A stretch of DNA of 64,000 nt from an uncultured Planctomycetia bacterium (GTDB taxonomy: Bacteria > Omnitrophota > Gorgyraeia > 2-02-FULL-51-18). The notes beneath the pieces were generated by a model. The model did not search any database. It saw nothing but the letters and a program-made list of their open reading frames with translations, and was not told the DNA's origin. The translations under genes were made by a program, and so were the position numbers. Shown here in pieces: positions 1 through 8,531 of the stretch. The stretch lies in NCBI GenBank assembly GCA_964606485.1, contig CAZSGP010000004.1, forward strand, positions 17,030 to 81,029. The letters are read 5' to 3'. The stretch's first letter is position 1; every line of letters begins with the position of its first letter.

Positions 1-361
1 GGGTCCTGCCGGCGGTTGTTCGTTCGGACTCGCTTTCAGCTCGCCGAGACGGACGCCTACCGCCGTCACCCGCGAATTTTTTTAAAAAAATTGGGCCGTA
101 GTCGCGAATCCAGGTGTCGACGGTTTTAATTTTGTGAAACACCAGGTTCTGCGTTTTAGCGCTTCGAGGCAGAAGACTTAAAACTTTCTTCGCGGTTTTG
201 TCGTCGTCCACCAAGAGTTGGACTTTTTCGCCGGGCAAAAGCCCAAGAATCATTTGAATGTAAATCGCTTCGGTGCGTTTGAGTAGTTTTCCAGGCCAGG
301 TGATTTTATTTTTGGGCCAAGTAAGCCAGGTGGCTGAGTGGCGTTCCCACTCCGCGGGCAT
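1..361 (-). CDS. aguA: agmatine deiminase, partial (3' end beyond window start); start codon uncertain, may lie inside the repeat element (TTG at 442-440)
   Basis: Minus-strand translation gives ...DFRMPAEWERHSATWLTWP...DTWIRDYGPIF, matching the agmatine deiminase GFRMPAEWEPH and DTWxRDxGP motifs. The reading frame stays open upstream through the repeat element to position 511. Confidence 0.5.
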   Translation of the reverse strand, partial: MPAEWERHSATWLTWPKNKITWPGKLLKRTEAIYIQMILGLLPGEKVQLLVDDDKTAKKVLSLLPRSAKTQNLVFHKIKTVDTWIRDYGPIFLKKFAGDGGRRPSRRAESESERTTAGRT

Positions 362-372
362 TCGGAAGTCTA

Positions 373-484
373 CCTCCCCGGCACTTCGTGTCCGCCCCTC
401 CTTGGTAAGGAGGGGAAAATGCGAATCTCCTCCCCTTAGCAAGGGGAGGTGGCCGCCGTGCTTTTCGGCGGACGGAGGGGTAAA
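373..484. repeat. mosaic hairpin (REP/BIME-like) element, copy A; module order M1-M2-M3
   Basis: Three palindromic hairpins: cccctcctt-ggta-aggagggg, cctcccctt-agc-aaggggagg and ccgccg-tgctttt-cggcgg followed by acggagggg. Near-identical modules recur at 2958, 24492 and 25818. Confidence 0.7.
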
Positions 485-1350
485 ACTCTGGAAGTTATAT
501 CCGAATACGCGTCAATGCGGCGATCGCGTAGGAATGGCCACTCGCGGCGAGTCTTTTCAATAAGAGAAAGATCGAGTTCTTCGACAATGATTTCATCTTG
601 TAAACCTGCGCGGTACAAAATTTTTCCAAAAGGGTCCGCCACAAACGAGCCGCCCCAAAATTTAAAATTGCCTTCTTTACCCACGCGGTTCACCGAGGCT
701 ACGTAAACGCCGTTGGCAATGGCGTGAGAAGTCTGAATGGTTTCCCAGGAATGGTGATAGCTCTTCAATTCCTCGGGCTCACCAGGCTTCCAGCCGATCG
801 CAGTTGGGTAAAAAATAATTTCAGCTCCCGCCAAAGCGGTGAGGCGCGCGGCTTCCGGAAACCACTGATCCCAGCAGATCAAAACTCCAATGTCCGCGTA
901 GCGCGTCTTAAACGTTTGAAAACCAAGATCTCCGGGAATGAAATAAAATTTCTCGTAGAAGCCGGGGTCATCGGGGATATGCATCTTTCGGTACTTTCCT
1001 AAAATTTTTCCGTCGGCGTCAATCACCACGGCAGTGTTGTGATAAACCCCTGCTGCGCGCTTTTCAAAAAGCGACGCCACAATCACTACTTTTAATTCTT
1101 TGGCAATTTTTGAAAACGCGTCGGTGCTCGGGCCTGGAATCTTCTCGGCTAAATCAAACAGTTTGGAATTTTCTTCCTGGCAGAAATAAAGTGAGCGGTA
1201 AAGCTCTTGGGTTGAGATGATTTTAGCACCCTTGGCGGCGGCGATTCTAATTTGCGAGAGCGTCTTCTTAAGATTTATGGCAGGATCCGCACTGCACGCC
1301 GTCTGCAAAAGACCGATTTTTACTTTTTGATTAGAAATTTTATTTTTCAT
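436..1350 (-). CDS. aguB: carbon-nitrogen hydrolase family, N-carbamoylputrescine amidase-like
   Basis: 304-aa ORF resembling the nitrilase/CN-hydrolase family and adjacent to aguA. The last ~15 residues (LPLRPPKSTAATSPC) are encoded by the repeat element. Confidence 0.65.
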   Translation of the reverse strand: MKNKISNQKVKIGLLQTACSADPAINLKKTLSQIRIAAAKGAKIISTQELYRSLYFCQEENSKLFDLAEKIPGPSTDAFSKIAKELKVVIVASLFEKRAAGVYHNTAVVIDADGKILGKYRKMHIPDDPGFYEKFYFIPGDLGFQTFKTRYADIGVLICWDQWFPEAARLTALAGAEIIFYPTAIGWKPGEPEELKSYHHSWETIQTSHAIANGVYVASVNRVGKEGNFKFWGGSFVADPFGKILYRAGLQDEIIVEELDLSLIEKTRREWPFLRDRRIDAYSDITSRVLPLRPPKSTAATSPC

Positions 1351-1365
1351 ATTAAACGCATTCTA

Positions 1366-2490
1366 TCACACGCCGGCGAGCTCGGTAAACACGCTCTCGG
1401 CAAAAAGTTGGCCCTTTTCGGTAAGTCTTAAATTATTTTTAGAAAATTCAACCAGACCTTTTTCCTTGAGAGAAGCAATGTCCGACTTTTTTTGTTCCAT
1501 CACTTTTTTAAAACGTTTGTGCTCCGCTCCTTCCTTTAGAAGCCTCAGCGCTAAAAGCAGGGACTCGATTTCTTTCGCGTCGGGATCGAGCGACTCCTCC
1601 TCGACCGGCTTCCAGTCATTTTGTTTTATTTTATTGAGATACTCCTCAACGGCTGCGGCAAAACGCCATCGTTTTCCATTTATATAGGAGTAAGCCCCCG
1701 GCCCAAGACCGAGGTAGGACTCGTTTGCCCAGTAAATGCGGTTGTGACGGGACTCAAATCCTGGCTTTGTGTAACTAAGGAGTTCATAGTGTTGATACCC
1801 ATTTTTCTTTAGAAAGCTGCGCGCGGTCTTAAGCATTTGGGTTTGCAAATCATCCGATGGTAGTTTTAATTGGCCCTTGGCCAGTAAATGTCCAAAGACT
1901 GTTTTTTCCTCCACGGTGAGTTCGTACAACGAGATATGTTCGCAAGAAAGCCGTACAGCCTCTTTTAAGGTGTGTTCGACATCTGCTAAATTTTCGCCCG
2001 GCAGAGAAAGCATAAGATCCATACTGATATTTTTAAAGCCCGCGCTTCTTAATATTTTAAACGAAGCCTCAATGGCGCGAGCGTCATGAGTGCGGTTAAT
2101 TTTCTTTAGCGTCTCATCATTAAAAGACTGAGCCCCGAGACTGATGCGGTTAAGACCTAACTCTCGGTAGAGATTAGCCTTCTCTTGAGTCAGATCACCC
2201 GGATTTACTTCCCAAGTTTGCTCTGCGCTTGGCTTGATCTTGAAATGCTTCTTCAGCATTTTAAAAAATTGGCGGGCTTCATCGAGCTCCAAGAGAGACG
2301 GCGTTCCGCCTCCCACGTAGAGCGTGTCGAAACGCTCGTTTTTCACGCGCGGCGCAGCGTGCGCCATCTCGCGCTCGAGTGCCTCCAGGAACGAAGACGT
2401 GCGCGATGTGCTTTTTTGTGTGGTGATCACAAAATTGCAGTAGTGACACTTCTTCCGGCAAAACGGTAAATGAATGTAGAGGCCTAACAT
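1366..2490 (-). CDS. hemW: radical SAM heme chaperone HemW / coproporphyrinogen III oxidase family
   Basis: N-terminal HLPFCRKKCHYCNF carries a CxxxCxxC radical-SAM motif; length is HemN/HemW-like. Confidence 0.75.
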   Translation of the reverse strand: MLGLYIHLPFCRKKCHYCNFVITTQKSTSRTSSFLEALEREMAHAAPRVKNERFDTLYVGGGTPSLLELDEARQFFKMLKKHFKIKPSAEQTWEVNPGDLTQEKANLYRELGLNRISLGAQSFNDETLKKINRTHDARAIEASFKILRSAGFKNISMDLMLSLPGENLADVEHTLKEAVRLSCEHISLYELTVEEKTVFGHLLAKGQLKLPSDDLQTQMLKTARSFLKKNGYQHYELLSYTKPGFESRHNRIYWANESYLGLGPGAYSYINGKRWRFAAAVEEYLNKIKQNDWKPVEEESLDPDAKEIESLLLALRLLKEGAEHKRFKKVMEQKKSDIASLKEKGLVEFSKNNLRLTEKGQLFAESVFTELAGV

Positions 2491-2625
2491 AGTCCTGTTT
2501 TAGCAGAGACCCTTGGAGAAAGCACTTAAAAATTCAATTTACTTTAGCTCTTGCTCCCGAGGGGGCTTTATGATAAAACTAATCGCGTTAAAAATTAACC
2601 TTTTCAAAACCAAGGGAGATTCAAA

Positions 2626-2886
2626 GTGGCCGTTAAAAAAGCAAATGCAGCTTTCATGAAACCTTTAACACCTAGCGACGCGCTGGCCAAGGTTGTGGGA
2701 GCGAAAGCTCTTCCCCGCACTCAGGTCGTCAAGAAGCTTTGGGAATACATCAAGAAGAATGACCTGCAGGACAAGAAGAACCGCCGCAACATCAACGCGG
2801 ACGCGAACTTGAAGCCTATTTTCGGCGGCAAGGGAACCGTTTCGATGTTTGAGATGACGAAGCTCGTTTCGAAGCACCTCTCATAA
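2626..2886 (+). CDS. SWIB/MDM2 domain protein
   Basis: 86 aa with KKLWEYIKKNDLQD...NLKPIFG...SMFEMTKLVSKHL, the SWIB domain signature. GTG start with RBS aagggag. Confidence 0.75.
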   Translation: MAVKKANAAFMKPLTPSDALAKVVGAKALPRTQVVKKLWEYIKKNDLQDKKNRRNINADANLKPIFGGKGTVSMFEMTKLVSKHLS

Positions 2887-2919
2887 ACAATTCTTTTTCG
2901 GATTTTTCCGAAAAAATAA

Positions 2920-2957
2920 CCCGCGAGGCTTACCCAGTCTCGCGGGTTTTTGTTTTT
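2920..2957 (+). terminator. rho-independent terminator after the SWIB gene
   Basis: Stem cccgcgag / ctcgcggg followed by tttttgttttt. An additional hairpin ttttcgga/tccgaaaa lies just upstream at 2892-2918. Confidence 0.6.
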
Positions 2958-3004
2958 CCTCCCCTTACTAAGGGGAGGTGTCCGCCTCAGCGGACGGAGG
3001 GGTA
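2958..3004. repeat. mosaic hairpin element, copy B (modules M2-M3 only)
   Basis: cctcccctt-act-aaggggagg + gtccgc-ctca-gcggac + ggagggg, lying between convergent genes. Confidence 0.65.
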
Positions 3005-3005
3005 G

Positions 3006-3380
3006 TTATTTCAGATTGTCCGGAATCGGCTTGCGGCCGGGGTAGCCTTCTTCAAGGCCGTGGAAATAAAGCAGGTCTTCTTCGTCGCTTCGCCAGCAGA
3101 GACACACTTCTTCGCCGTTGAAAATAGCAGGAAAATCCACAAGCCCCATTGTGAAATTCCAGTCTTTGTAGGAACAGCCTAAGTCTTCGAGCTCCACAAA
3201 GTGATCTTCCAGATCATCGAGAATCTTAATCACGCGCGGGTCATTTTCGGCATTCGTTCCAATCTGCACCGAAAGATCGCGAAGCTCCGCTCCGGCGGAC
3301 AGAATATCCGTCACGATTTTTTTGACGAGCGGCAGGGTTTGCCGCGCTTCTTGAGGCGTGAAGTATTTCACTTGGTCCAT
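3006..3380 (-). CDS. DUF2203-like hypothetical protein
   Basis: MDQVKYFTPQEARQTLPLVKKIV N-terminus resembles DUF2203. Start taken at the internal Met 1 nt after the stop of the upstream gene. Confidence 0.4.
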   Translation of the reverse strand: MDQVKYFTPQEARQTLPLVKKIVTDILSAGAELRDLSVQIGTNAENDPRVIKILDDLEDHFVELEDLGCSYKDWNFTMGLVDFPAIFNGEEVCLCWRSDEEDLLYFHGLEEGYPGRKPIPDNLK

Positions 3381-3381
3381 T

Positions 3382-4032
3382 TTAGGACTGGTAATCCGCC
3401 AGTAAATCGACAAGCGCGTCGATTTGCTTAATAATTTTTTGAGGAAACTCAAGCTCCAGGCAATCAGACTTGGCTTGATTTAGACCGTTCGTGAGTTTAC
3501 GAATCAGTGTATTTTTCTGCTCAATCGGATCCGCCGTCTCTTTTTCCTTCGTCGAAGGGTTGGCCTTGAGCACGTACTTAATTTTTTGGCGCACTTCTTC
3601 TTCTGGCTTCACATCTTCCAGAACACTTGTGCGGATTTCTTCGTAATCTTCTTCCGGAATGCGTTGATTGCCTTTGGCGAGTCTCAACGAGTTCACCGCT
3701 TCGACCGAAGGAATGGCCTTTGGAGAAGCCGTCTGTTCCTTGGATAATTTTAAAAATTCTGGCTCTTCTCTTTCTAGAAAGGAATAGGACTTTAAAAGCT
3801 TGAGTGCCGTATTCTGCCGAACGCCGATTTCTTTGGCGCAGTACGCTTCAAAAGTAAGATACCCCCACTCCTTGTAATGCTTGTCCTTATAAATGGAAAA
3901 AAGATGCTGGCCAAGTTCAATCCAGCTTGTTTTAAACTGCCGAGCGCAGTCGAGCACCGAAAAACGGAGCGAGCCCGGCTCAAGGCCGTCCATAATTTTT
4001 TCAATATTTTGAATCGATTTTGGTTTTGTCAT
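3382..4032 (-). CDS. hypothetical protein
   Basis: 216-aa ORF with no recognisable motif; translationally coupled to the downstream DUF2203 gene. Confidence 0.4.
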   Translation of the reverse strand: MTKPKSIQNIEKIMDGLEPGSLRFSVLDCARQFKTSWIELGQHLFSIYKDKHYKEWGYLTFEAYCAKEIGVRQNTALKLLKSYSFLEREEPEFLKLSKEQTASPKAIPSVEAVNSLRLAKGNQRIPEEDYEEIRTSVLEDVKPEEEVRQKIKYVLKANPSTKEKETADPIEQKNTLIRKLTNGLNQAKSDCLELEFPQKIIKQIDALVDLLADYQS

Positions 4033-4820
4033 GAATGCCTCACGTCCACAAATTTACCCGCGATTGTAACGGCAACGGCGCGCGGAATCAACCGTTCCCC
4101 TCCAATTAAAAATTTGTTCCGGAAACCCGCGATTTCAACGGGCTTTCCTTTCTTCAGAGCGTTCATTCCGGCTTTGGCAACCGCGGCACTGGTCATCATG
4201 GTGCGTTCCATTGAGCGCGAGGCTCCGATCGTCCCACGTTCAAAAAATGGCGTCGCCGTGGGACCAGGGCAAAGACAGGTGGCTGTGACTCCAGTGCCTT
4301 CTAATTCCTTCGACAAACCCTCTGAAAACGTCAAAACAAAGGCTTTGGACGCCGCGTACAGCGCTTCTCTAGGAATTCCCTGAAACGCAGCGGTCGAAGC
4401 AACATTCATCACTTTTCCGAACTTGCGGGAAATCATGTCAGGCAAAAAAAGACGTGTGAGTGCCGCAAGTGAGGTGACATTCACGGCAATCATTTGCAAT
4501 GCGGTTTCGTAGGAAGCCTCACCGTAATCGCCGAACATTCCAAATCCAGCGTTGTTGACGAGAATGTCGAGTGAGATCATTTTCTGATGAAGCTCATTAT
4601 AGATTTCACGAGGCGCTTCGGCCTTGGAAAGATCTTTTGCGATGAGAAGCGGCTTCTGACCGAATTCTTTTTCAAGAAGCGCGCCCGCTTGGTTTAATTT
4701 GTCGGCGCTTGAGGCAAGCAGGATAATTTTCGCGTTTTCTTTTGCAAAAAGACGCGCGAGCTCTAAACCAATGCCGCTAGAGCCACCGGTAATTAAAACC
4801 GTACGATTTTTGAAATTCAT
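4029..4820 (-). CDS. SDR family oxidoreductase
   Basis: N-terminal TGGSSGIG Rossmann motif and YAASK catalytic motif. Confidence 0.8.
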   Translation of the reverse strand: MNFKNRTVLITGGSSGIGLELARLFAKENAKIILLASSADKLNQAGALLEKEFGQKPLLIAKDLSKAEAPREIYNELHQKMISLDILVNNAGFGMFGDYGEASYETALQMIAVNVTSLAALTRLFLPDMISRKFGKVMNVASTAAFQGIPREALYAASKAFVLTFSEGLSKELEGTGVTATCLCPGPTATPFFERGTIGASRSMERTMMTSAAVAKAGMNALKKGKPVEIAGFRNKFLIGGERLIPRAVAVTIAGKFVDVRHS

Positions 4821-4829
4821 TTTAGGACC

Positions 4830-5363
4830 TTATCGGGATTTTTTGAAGCACTGCTTCACAAAATTTTTTGCAAGCTCATCGGTCACAAGCGGAATACTGT
4901 CGGCTTTGGACATGGGTTTTTTAGTGATGGTGGACACCACTGAATCCTGCCACAGTGCTTTTTGAGATTTGGCGCTAGAGACCACCACATAAGCTTCTGC
5001 GCGCGCATAGTCTTCGATTGTTGCCGCGTCGAGCGCCACCGCGCCCACACCCACGAGCATGTCCACCGGATCATGATCGGTCCACATAAAAGCGCGAACG
5101 TTCACATCAATCGAGAGATCCGCATTTTCAGGCTTGTCCGTCATTTCAAAGGTGACACTGCGGCGGTTTTTCAACGCTTCTGCTAATTTCTGACGCAGAA
5201 CATCGGTCGAGATGGAGGTTTCTTCGCTCGAATTTTTAATTTCACCTAGATAAACCTTCACCACTTTTCCATTGAATTGGGAATAAAGCGATTGCGGCTC
5301 CGCCGTTGCTAAAGACAGGGAAATTAAGAAAAAACTTACAAAAATAATCGCACTTTTTTTCAT
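4830..5363 (-). CDS. secreted hypothetical protein / lipoprotein
   Basis: N-terminal signal peptide MKKSAIIFVSFFLISLSLATA. Confidence 0.45.
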   Translation of the reverse strand: MKKSAIIFVSFFLISLSLATAEPQSLYSQFNGKVVKVYLGEIKNSSEETSISTDVLRQKLAEALKNRRSVTFEMTDKPENADLSIDVNVRAFMWTDHDPVDMLVGVGAVALDAATIEDYARAEAYVVVSSAKSQKALWQDSVVSTITKKPMSKADSIPLVTDELAKNFVKQCFKKSR

Positions 5364-5374
5364 GCTAAATCTCC

Positions 5375-6595
5375 TTATCGTTTAAAAGGTCGTTTGTGAG
5401 ACGAAGACGGGCGGTGACCACCGCCGCCGTGTCTGGGCCGGTCGGAATGAGACGGTGCGTGAGACGCGCGGTACTGAAAGTCCGGCAATGTCACGCGTGT
5501 CACTTGCTTTCCAATGGCTTTTTCAATCTCGCGAAAAATTTCTTCTTCATCGGGAGCGACGAGCGAAAAGGCATCTCCCTCGGCTTCCGCGCGGGCGGTT
5601 CTGCCAATGCGGTGAATATAATCTTCAGGCGTTTGCGGCGCATCAAAATTAATGACGTGGGAAATATCTTTCACGTCGATTCCACGCGCGGCAATGTCAG
5701 TGGCCACAAGCACCTGTGATTTTCCGTGCCGGAAACGCTCCAAAGCGCTTAAGCGCTGGCTTTGCGTGCGGTCACTATGAATCACACCCGCATGAATGCC
5801 GGCGCGCTCAAGCGTCATGACGAGTTTGCTCGCTCGAAACTTCGTTCGTGTAAAAACAATCACCGAATACATATCGTGATCTTTGATCAGCTTAAGCAGT
5901 AAATCCGGTTTTTGATCGTGTGACACCGGATAAATCGCATGGCGAATCCGAGCCGGTGTTGTCGTGATCGACTGAATTTTAATCATCACCGGATCTGTGC
6001 AAATCTTTTGAACGAGTTTCATAATTTCGTCCGGCATCGTCGCCGAAAAAATTAGATTCTGCCGTTTTGCCGGTAAAAAAGAGATGATTTTTTGGATATC
6101 GGGTAAAAATCCCATGTCGAGCATGCGGTCGGCTTCGTCCAGCACCAAAATCTCAAGGGCTGCAAAATCAATTCGCCCCTCGTAAACGTGATCCATCAGT
6201 CTTCCGGGTGTCGCCGAAACCAAATCCACGCCCTTCGCGAGCGCCTGCGTTTGAGGACTCATCGGAACGCCGCCAAAAATAGCGTGACCCGAAAGCGGCA
6301 CGTATTGAGAAAGACCTTTTAATTGATCCATCGACTGAAGCGCTAACTCTCGTGTGGGTGCAATGATCAATACGCGAATGCCGGGCTTTTTGCGGGGATT
6401 GTTGAGCAGTAAATGCAGTGACGGCAACACAAAAGCCGCCGTTTTTCCGGTGCCGGTCTGGGCACAGGCGATCACGTCTCTCCCGGTCAAAATATGCGGA
6501 ATCGCTTGCTCTTGAACGGGAGTCGGACGGATAAAACCTAAATCATGAATGCCTTTTAAAAGGCGTTCGTCTAAATTCATTTCATTAAATAACAT
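5375..6595 (-). CDS. rhlE: DEAD-box ATP-dependent RNA helicase
   Basis: Q-motif, AQTGTGKT Walker A, DEAD box (VLDEADRM), SAT and HRIGRTAR motifs; basic C-terminal tail. Confidence 0.85.
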   Translation of the reverse strand: MLFNEMNLDERLLKGIHDLGFIRPTPVQEQAIPHILTGRDVIACAQTGTGKTAAFVLPSLHLLLNNPRKKPGIRVLIIAPTRELALQSMDQLKGLSQYVPLSGHAIFGGVPMSPQTQALAKGVDLVSATPGRLMDHVYEGRIDFAALEILVLDEADRMLDMGFLPDIQKIISFLPAKRQNLIFSATMPDEIMKLVQKICTDPVMIKIQSITTTPARIRHAIYPVSHDQKPDLLLKLIKDHDMYSVIVFTRTKFRASKLVMTLERAGIHAGVIHSDRTQSQRLSALERFRHGKSQVLVATDIAARGIDVKDISHVINFDAPQTPEDYIHRIGRTARAEAEGDAFSLVAPDEEEIFREIEKAIGKQVTRVTLPDFQYRASHAPSHSDRPRHGGGGHRPSSSHKRPFKR

Positions 6596-6630
6596 TTAAA
6601 TTCCTCTCTAAAAAATTGGAAAACATCAAA

Positions 6631-6707
6631 TGGTGGGCAGTATAGGGCTCGAACCTATGACCTTCTGAATGTAAATCAGACGCTCTAACCAGCTGAGCTA
6701 ACCGCCC
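6631..6707 (-). tRNA. tRNA-Val (anticodon TAC)
   Basis: The reverse complement folds as a cloverleaf: acceptor gggcggt, anticodon stem tctga/tcaga with loop ttTACat, T-loop ggttcgagc, CCA 3' end. Confidence 0.8.
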
Positions 6708-7437
6708 CAAAAACCTTTCCGACAAAAAACGGGCCCATGGACTGGATATACTTGGAAGTCTGCTGAGTCTTTCTCATATCTTGTACGAGGCGGGAAATCG
6801 TCGAAAGTTCATAGGCAACAACGCCTAAAACAAATTCATTATCATTCCGGTCAATTCCAAAACAAGCGAGTCTCACGTCATACGCCAAATCTGCTTGGCC
6901 ATAACTCATGCCGAGTTTGGCATGTTCCATTAAAGTGCCTCTCTGCTCATCCTTCGTCAGAGACTCAAATTCCCCTTTGCGCCGCAGCGGATACCACACG
7001 GCCCACTGAAGCTTTTCGTTAAATACATTTCGTCGCGACTTCTGCAACAACCAGTCTTCTAAATCCTGTTCGTGTCCCAACGCATACGTGCGGCCAATCA
7101 TTGTCATTTCCGGAATCGCAGTGAGCTTCGAAAACGGCTTGTTGTTCAAAACCTCTCTCACGCGTCCCGTAAAATGCGACGGGTCTTCGGACATCAAAAG
7201 AATTCCGACGCCCTGGGAATCATTTACGTTGAGATAAACCACGGACTCAATTTTAGCGGCTTTCAAAGCTTCCAATAATTTCCGGGGATTCGTACAGCCC
7301 GTGTAAACGAGAAGCTGCATAAAAAGACGGCGGTTCGTGGACTGGCGCACGCCATCCTTGGCAGCGCCGTACTCTAGAACGTCGGGAGCTTCAACTTTCG
7401 GGGGCCCTGAAGGCCCGGCAGTTACGGGTGGTTGCAT
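6685..7437 (-). CDS. chlorite dismutase family protein (HemQ/Cld-like)
   Basis: Resemblance over the LQWAVWYPLRRKGEFE...DEQRGTLMEHAKLG...DVRLACFGIDRNDNEF region. The 3' end overlaps the tRNA-Val by 23 nt. Confidence 0.5.
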   Translation of the reverse strand: MQPPVTAGPSGPPKVEAPDVLEYGAAKDGVRQSTNRRLFMQLLVYTGCTNPRKLLEALKAAKIESVVYLNVNDSQGVGILLMSEDPSHFTGRVREVLNNKPFSKLTAIPEMTMIGRTYALGHEQDLEDWLLQKSRRNVFNEKLQWAVWYPLRRKGEFESLTKDEQRGTLMEHAKLGMSYGQADLAYDVRLACFGIDRNDNEFVLGVVAYELSTISRLVQDMRKTQQTSKYIQSMGPFFVGKVFGAVSSAG

Positions 7438-7461
7438 AGGCCCGCTATTGTAAACCTAAAC

Positions 7462-7929
7462 TCACGATACCTCAAGCGAAGCGAGTGTCTCGTCATCCAG
7501 GTCGTCCAGTGACACGTCCTCGTCGGCCATGGAGTCGACCATCGCCGCCATCATCTCCTCGTCGGAGGCTTGGGTCTTATCTAACTGCGCAAGCTCCATG
7601 ATGGGGGCCGGCGCATGAAACGCGGGGGATTGAAATATCACAAGCGAAGCCATCACTAATACCGCAAAAGCCGGCACACCCGCCATTGCCCACGATCCAC
7701 CGAACTTCCAACTAAACCCAGCGCGAATAGATTTTTTTCCAATCCCTTCTTCCACGTTCGCCGAGAAATTTTTTAAAATTTCTCCTGGAACTTTTGTCTC
7801 GCGCACCGCTTTAAGTTTCTCAGAAATTTTTGAATCGATTCCGTCAAAAGATTGGTTTTCCATGATGAGTTTCTCCTTCTTTAAAAAAGATCCTTCAAAT
7901 GCTTCTTCATTTTTTGAGCCGCTTGCCAA
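7462..7929 (-). CDS. putative anti-sigma factor (single TM helix)
   Basis: Immediately downstream of the ECF sigma gene; TM helix WAMAGVPAFAVLVMASLVIF; acidic C-terminus. The true start is probably the internal Met at 7863. Confidence 0.4.
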   Translation of the reverse strand: MASGSKNEEAFEGSFLKKEKLIMENQSFDGIDSKISEKLKAVRETKVPGEILKNFSANVEEGIGKKSIRAGFSWKFGGSWAMAGVPAFAVLVMASLVIFQSPAFHAPAPIMELAQLDKTQASDEEMMAAMVDSMADEDVSLDDLDDETLASLEVS

Positions 7930-8531
7930 AGCGTAGCTTTCACCGCTCCAACGCTTAAATTCATATTCCCTGCAACTTCTTCCAAACTCAAACCTTCCAA
8001 ATATCTCAATCCAAACGCCGTTCGCTGCTGAAACGGCAACTTGTCCATCGCCTTCGCAATCAAGTTCCCGAGCTCATGATCCTGCGCATTCTGACCTGCG
8101 GAACGTTCTGCAGAAACCGCGTCTATCGTCAACGTTTCCCCGTCCTCGTTCTTAACTCCAAGTCCGAACGAAAGGAATCCCTGCATTTTCCTTTTTCTTA
8201 AATGATCTTTGCAGGAATTCGACAAAATCCGGTAGAACCACGTAAAAAATTGACTGTCTTCTCGAAATTGTGAAAGAGCTCCGTGCGCTTTAATGAACGC
8301 TTCTTGCGCGGCGTCGCGCGCGTCTTCAAAATTTCCTAAGATTGCGTAAGCCGTGTGCACCGCTCGTACTTCGTAAATCCGCACGAGCGCGGAGAAGGCT
8401 TCTAAATCCCCCTCACGCGCCCGCGCTAAAAACCATTTCTCTTTAACGGCGGTCTCTTCCACCCTTTGCTCCACCGCCACCACCTTGTCTTTGTTCCTGA
8501 CCGCGAGGTCCGCCTCCCTGGCCACCTTCAT
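7881..8531 (-). CDS. RNA polymerase sigma-70 factor, ECF subfamily
   Basis: Region 2 (YEVRAVHTAYAILGNFEDARDAAQEAFIKA) and region 4 (LSLEEVAGNMNLSVGAVKATL) motifs. Confidence 0.8.
   Translation of the reverse strand: MKVAREADLAVRNKDKVVAVEQRVEETAVKEKWFLARAREGDLEAFSALVRIYEVRAVHTAYAILGNFEDARDAAQEAFIKAHGALSQFREDSQFFTWFYRILSNSCKDHLRKRKMQGFLSFGLGVKNEDGETLTIDAVSAERSAGQNAQDHELGNLIAKAMDKLPFQQRTAFGLRYLEGLSLEEVAGNMNLSVGAVKATLWQAAQKMKKHLKDLF

Noticed and set aside
75-100. Perfect palindrome aatttttttaaaaaaatt
   Set aside because: It lies inside the aguA coding frame (GPIFLKKFAG) with no promoter context, and is most likely coincidental AT-rich coding sequence.
273-563. Plus-strand 96-aa ORF spanning the repeat element at the aguA/aguB junction
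   Set aside because: It is composed largely of palindromic repeat sequence, which reads open on both strands. The minus-strand frames carry the conserved agmatine deiminase and CN-hydrolase motifs.
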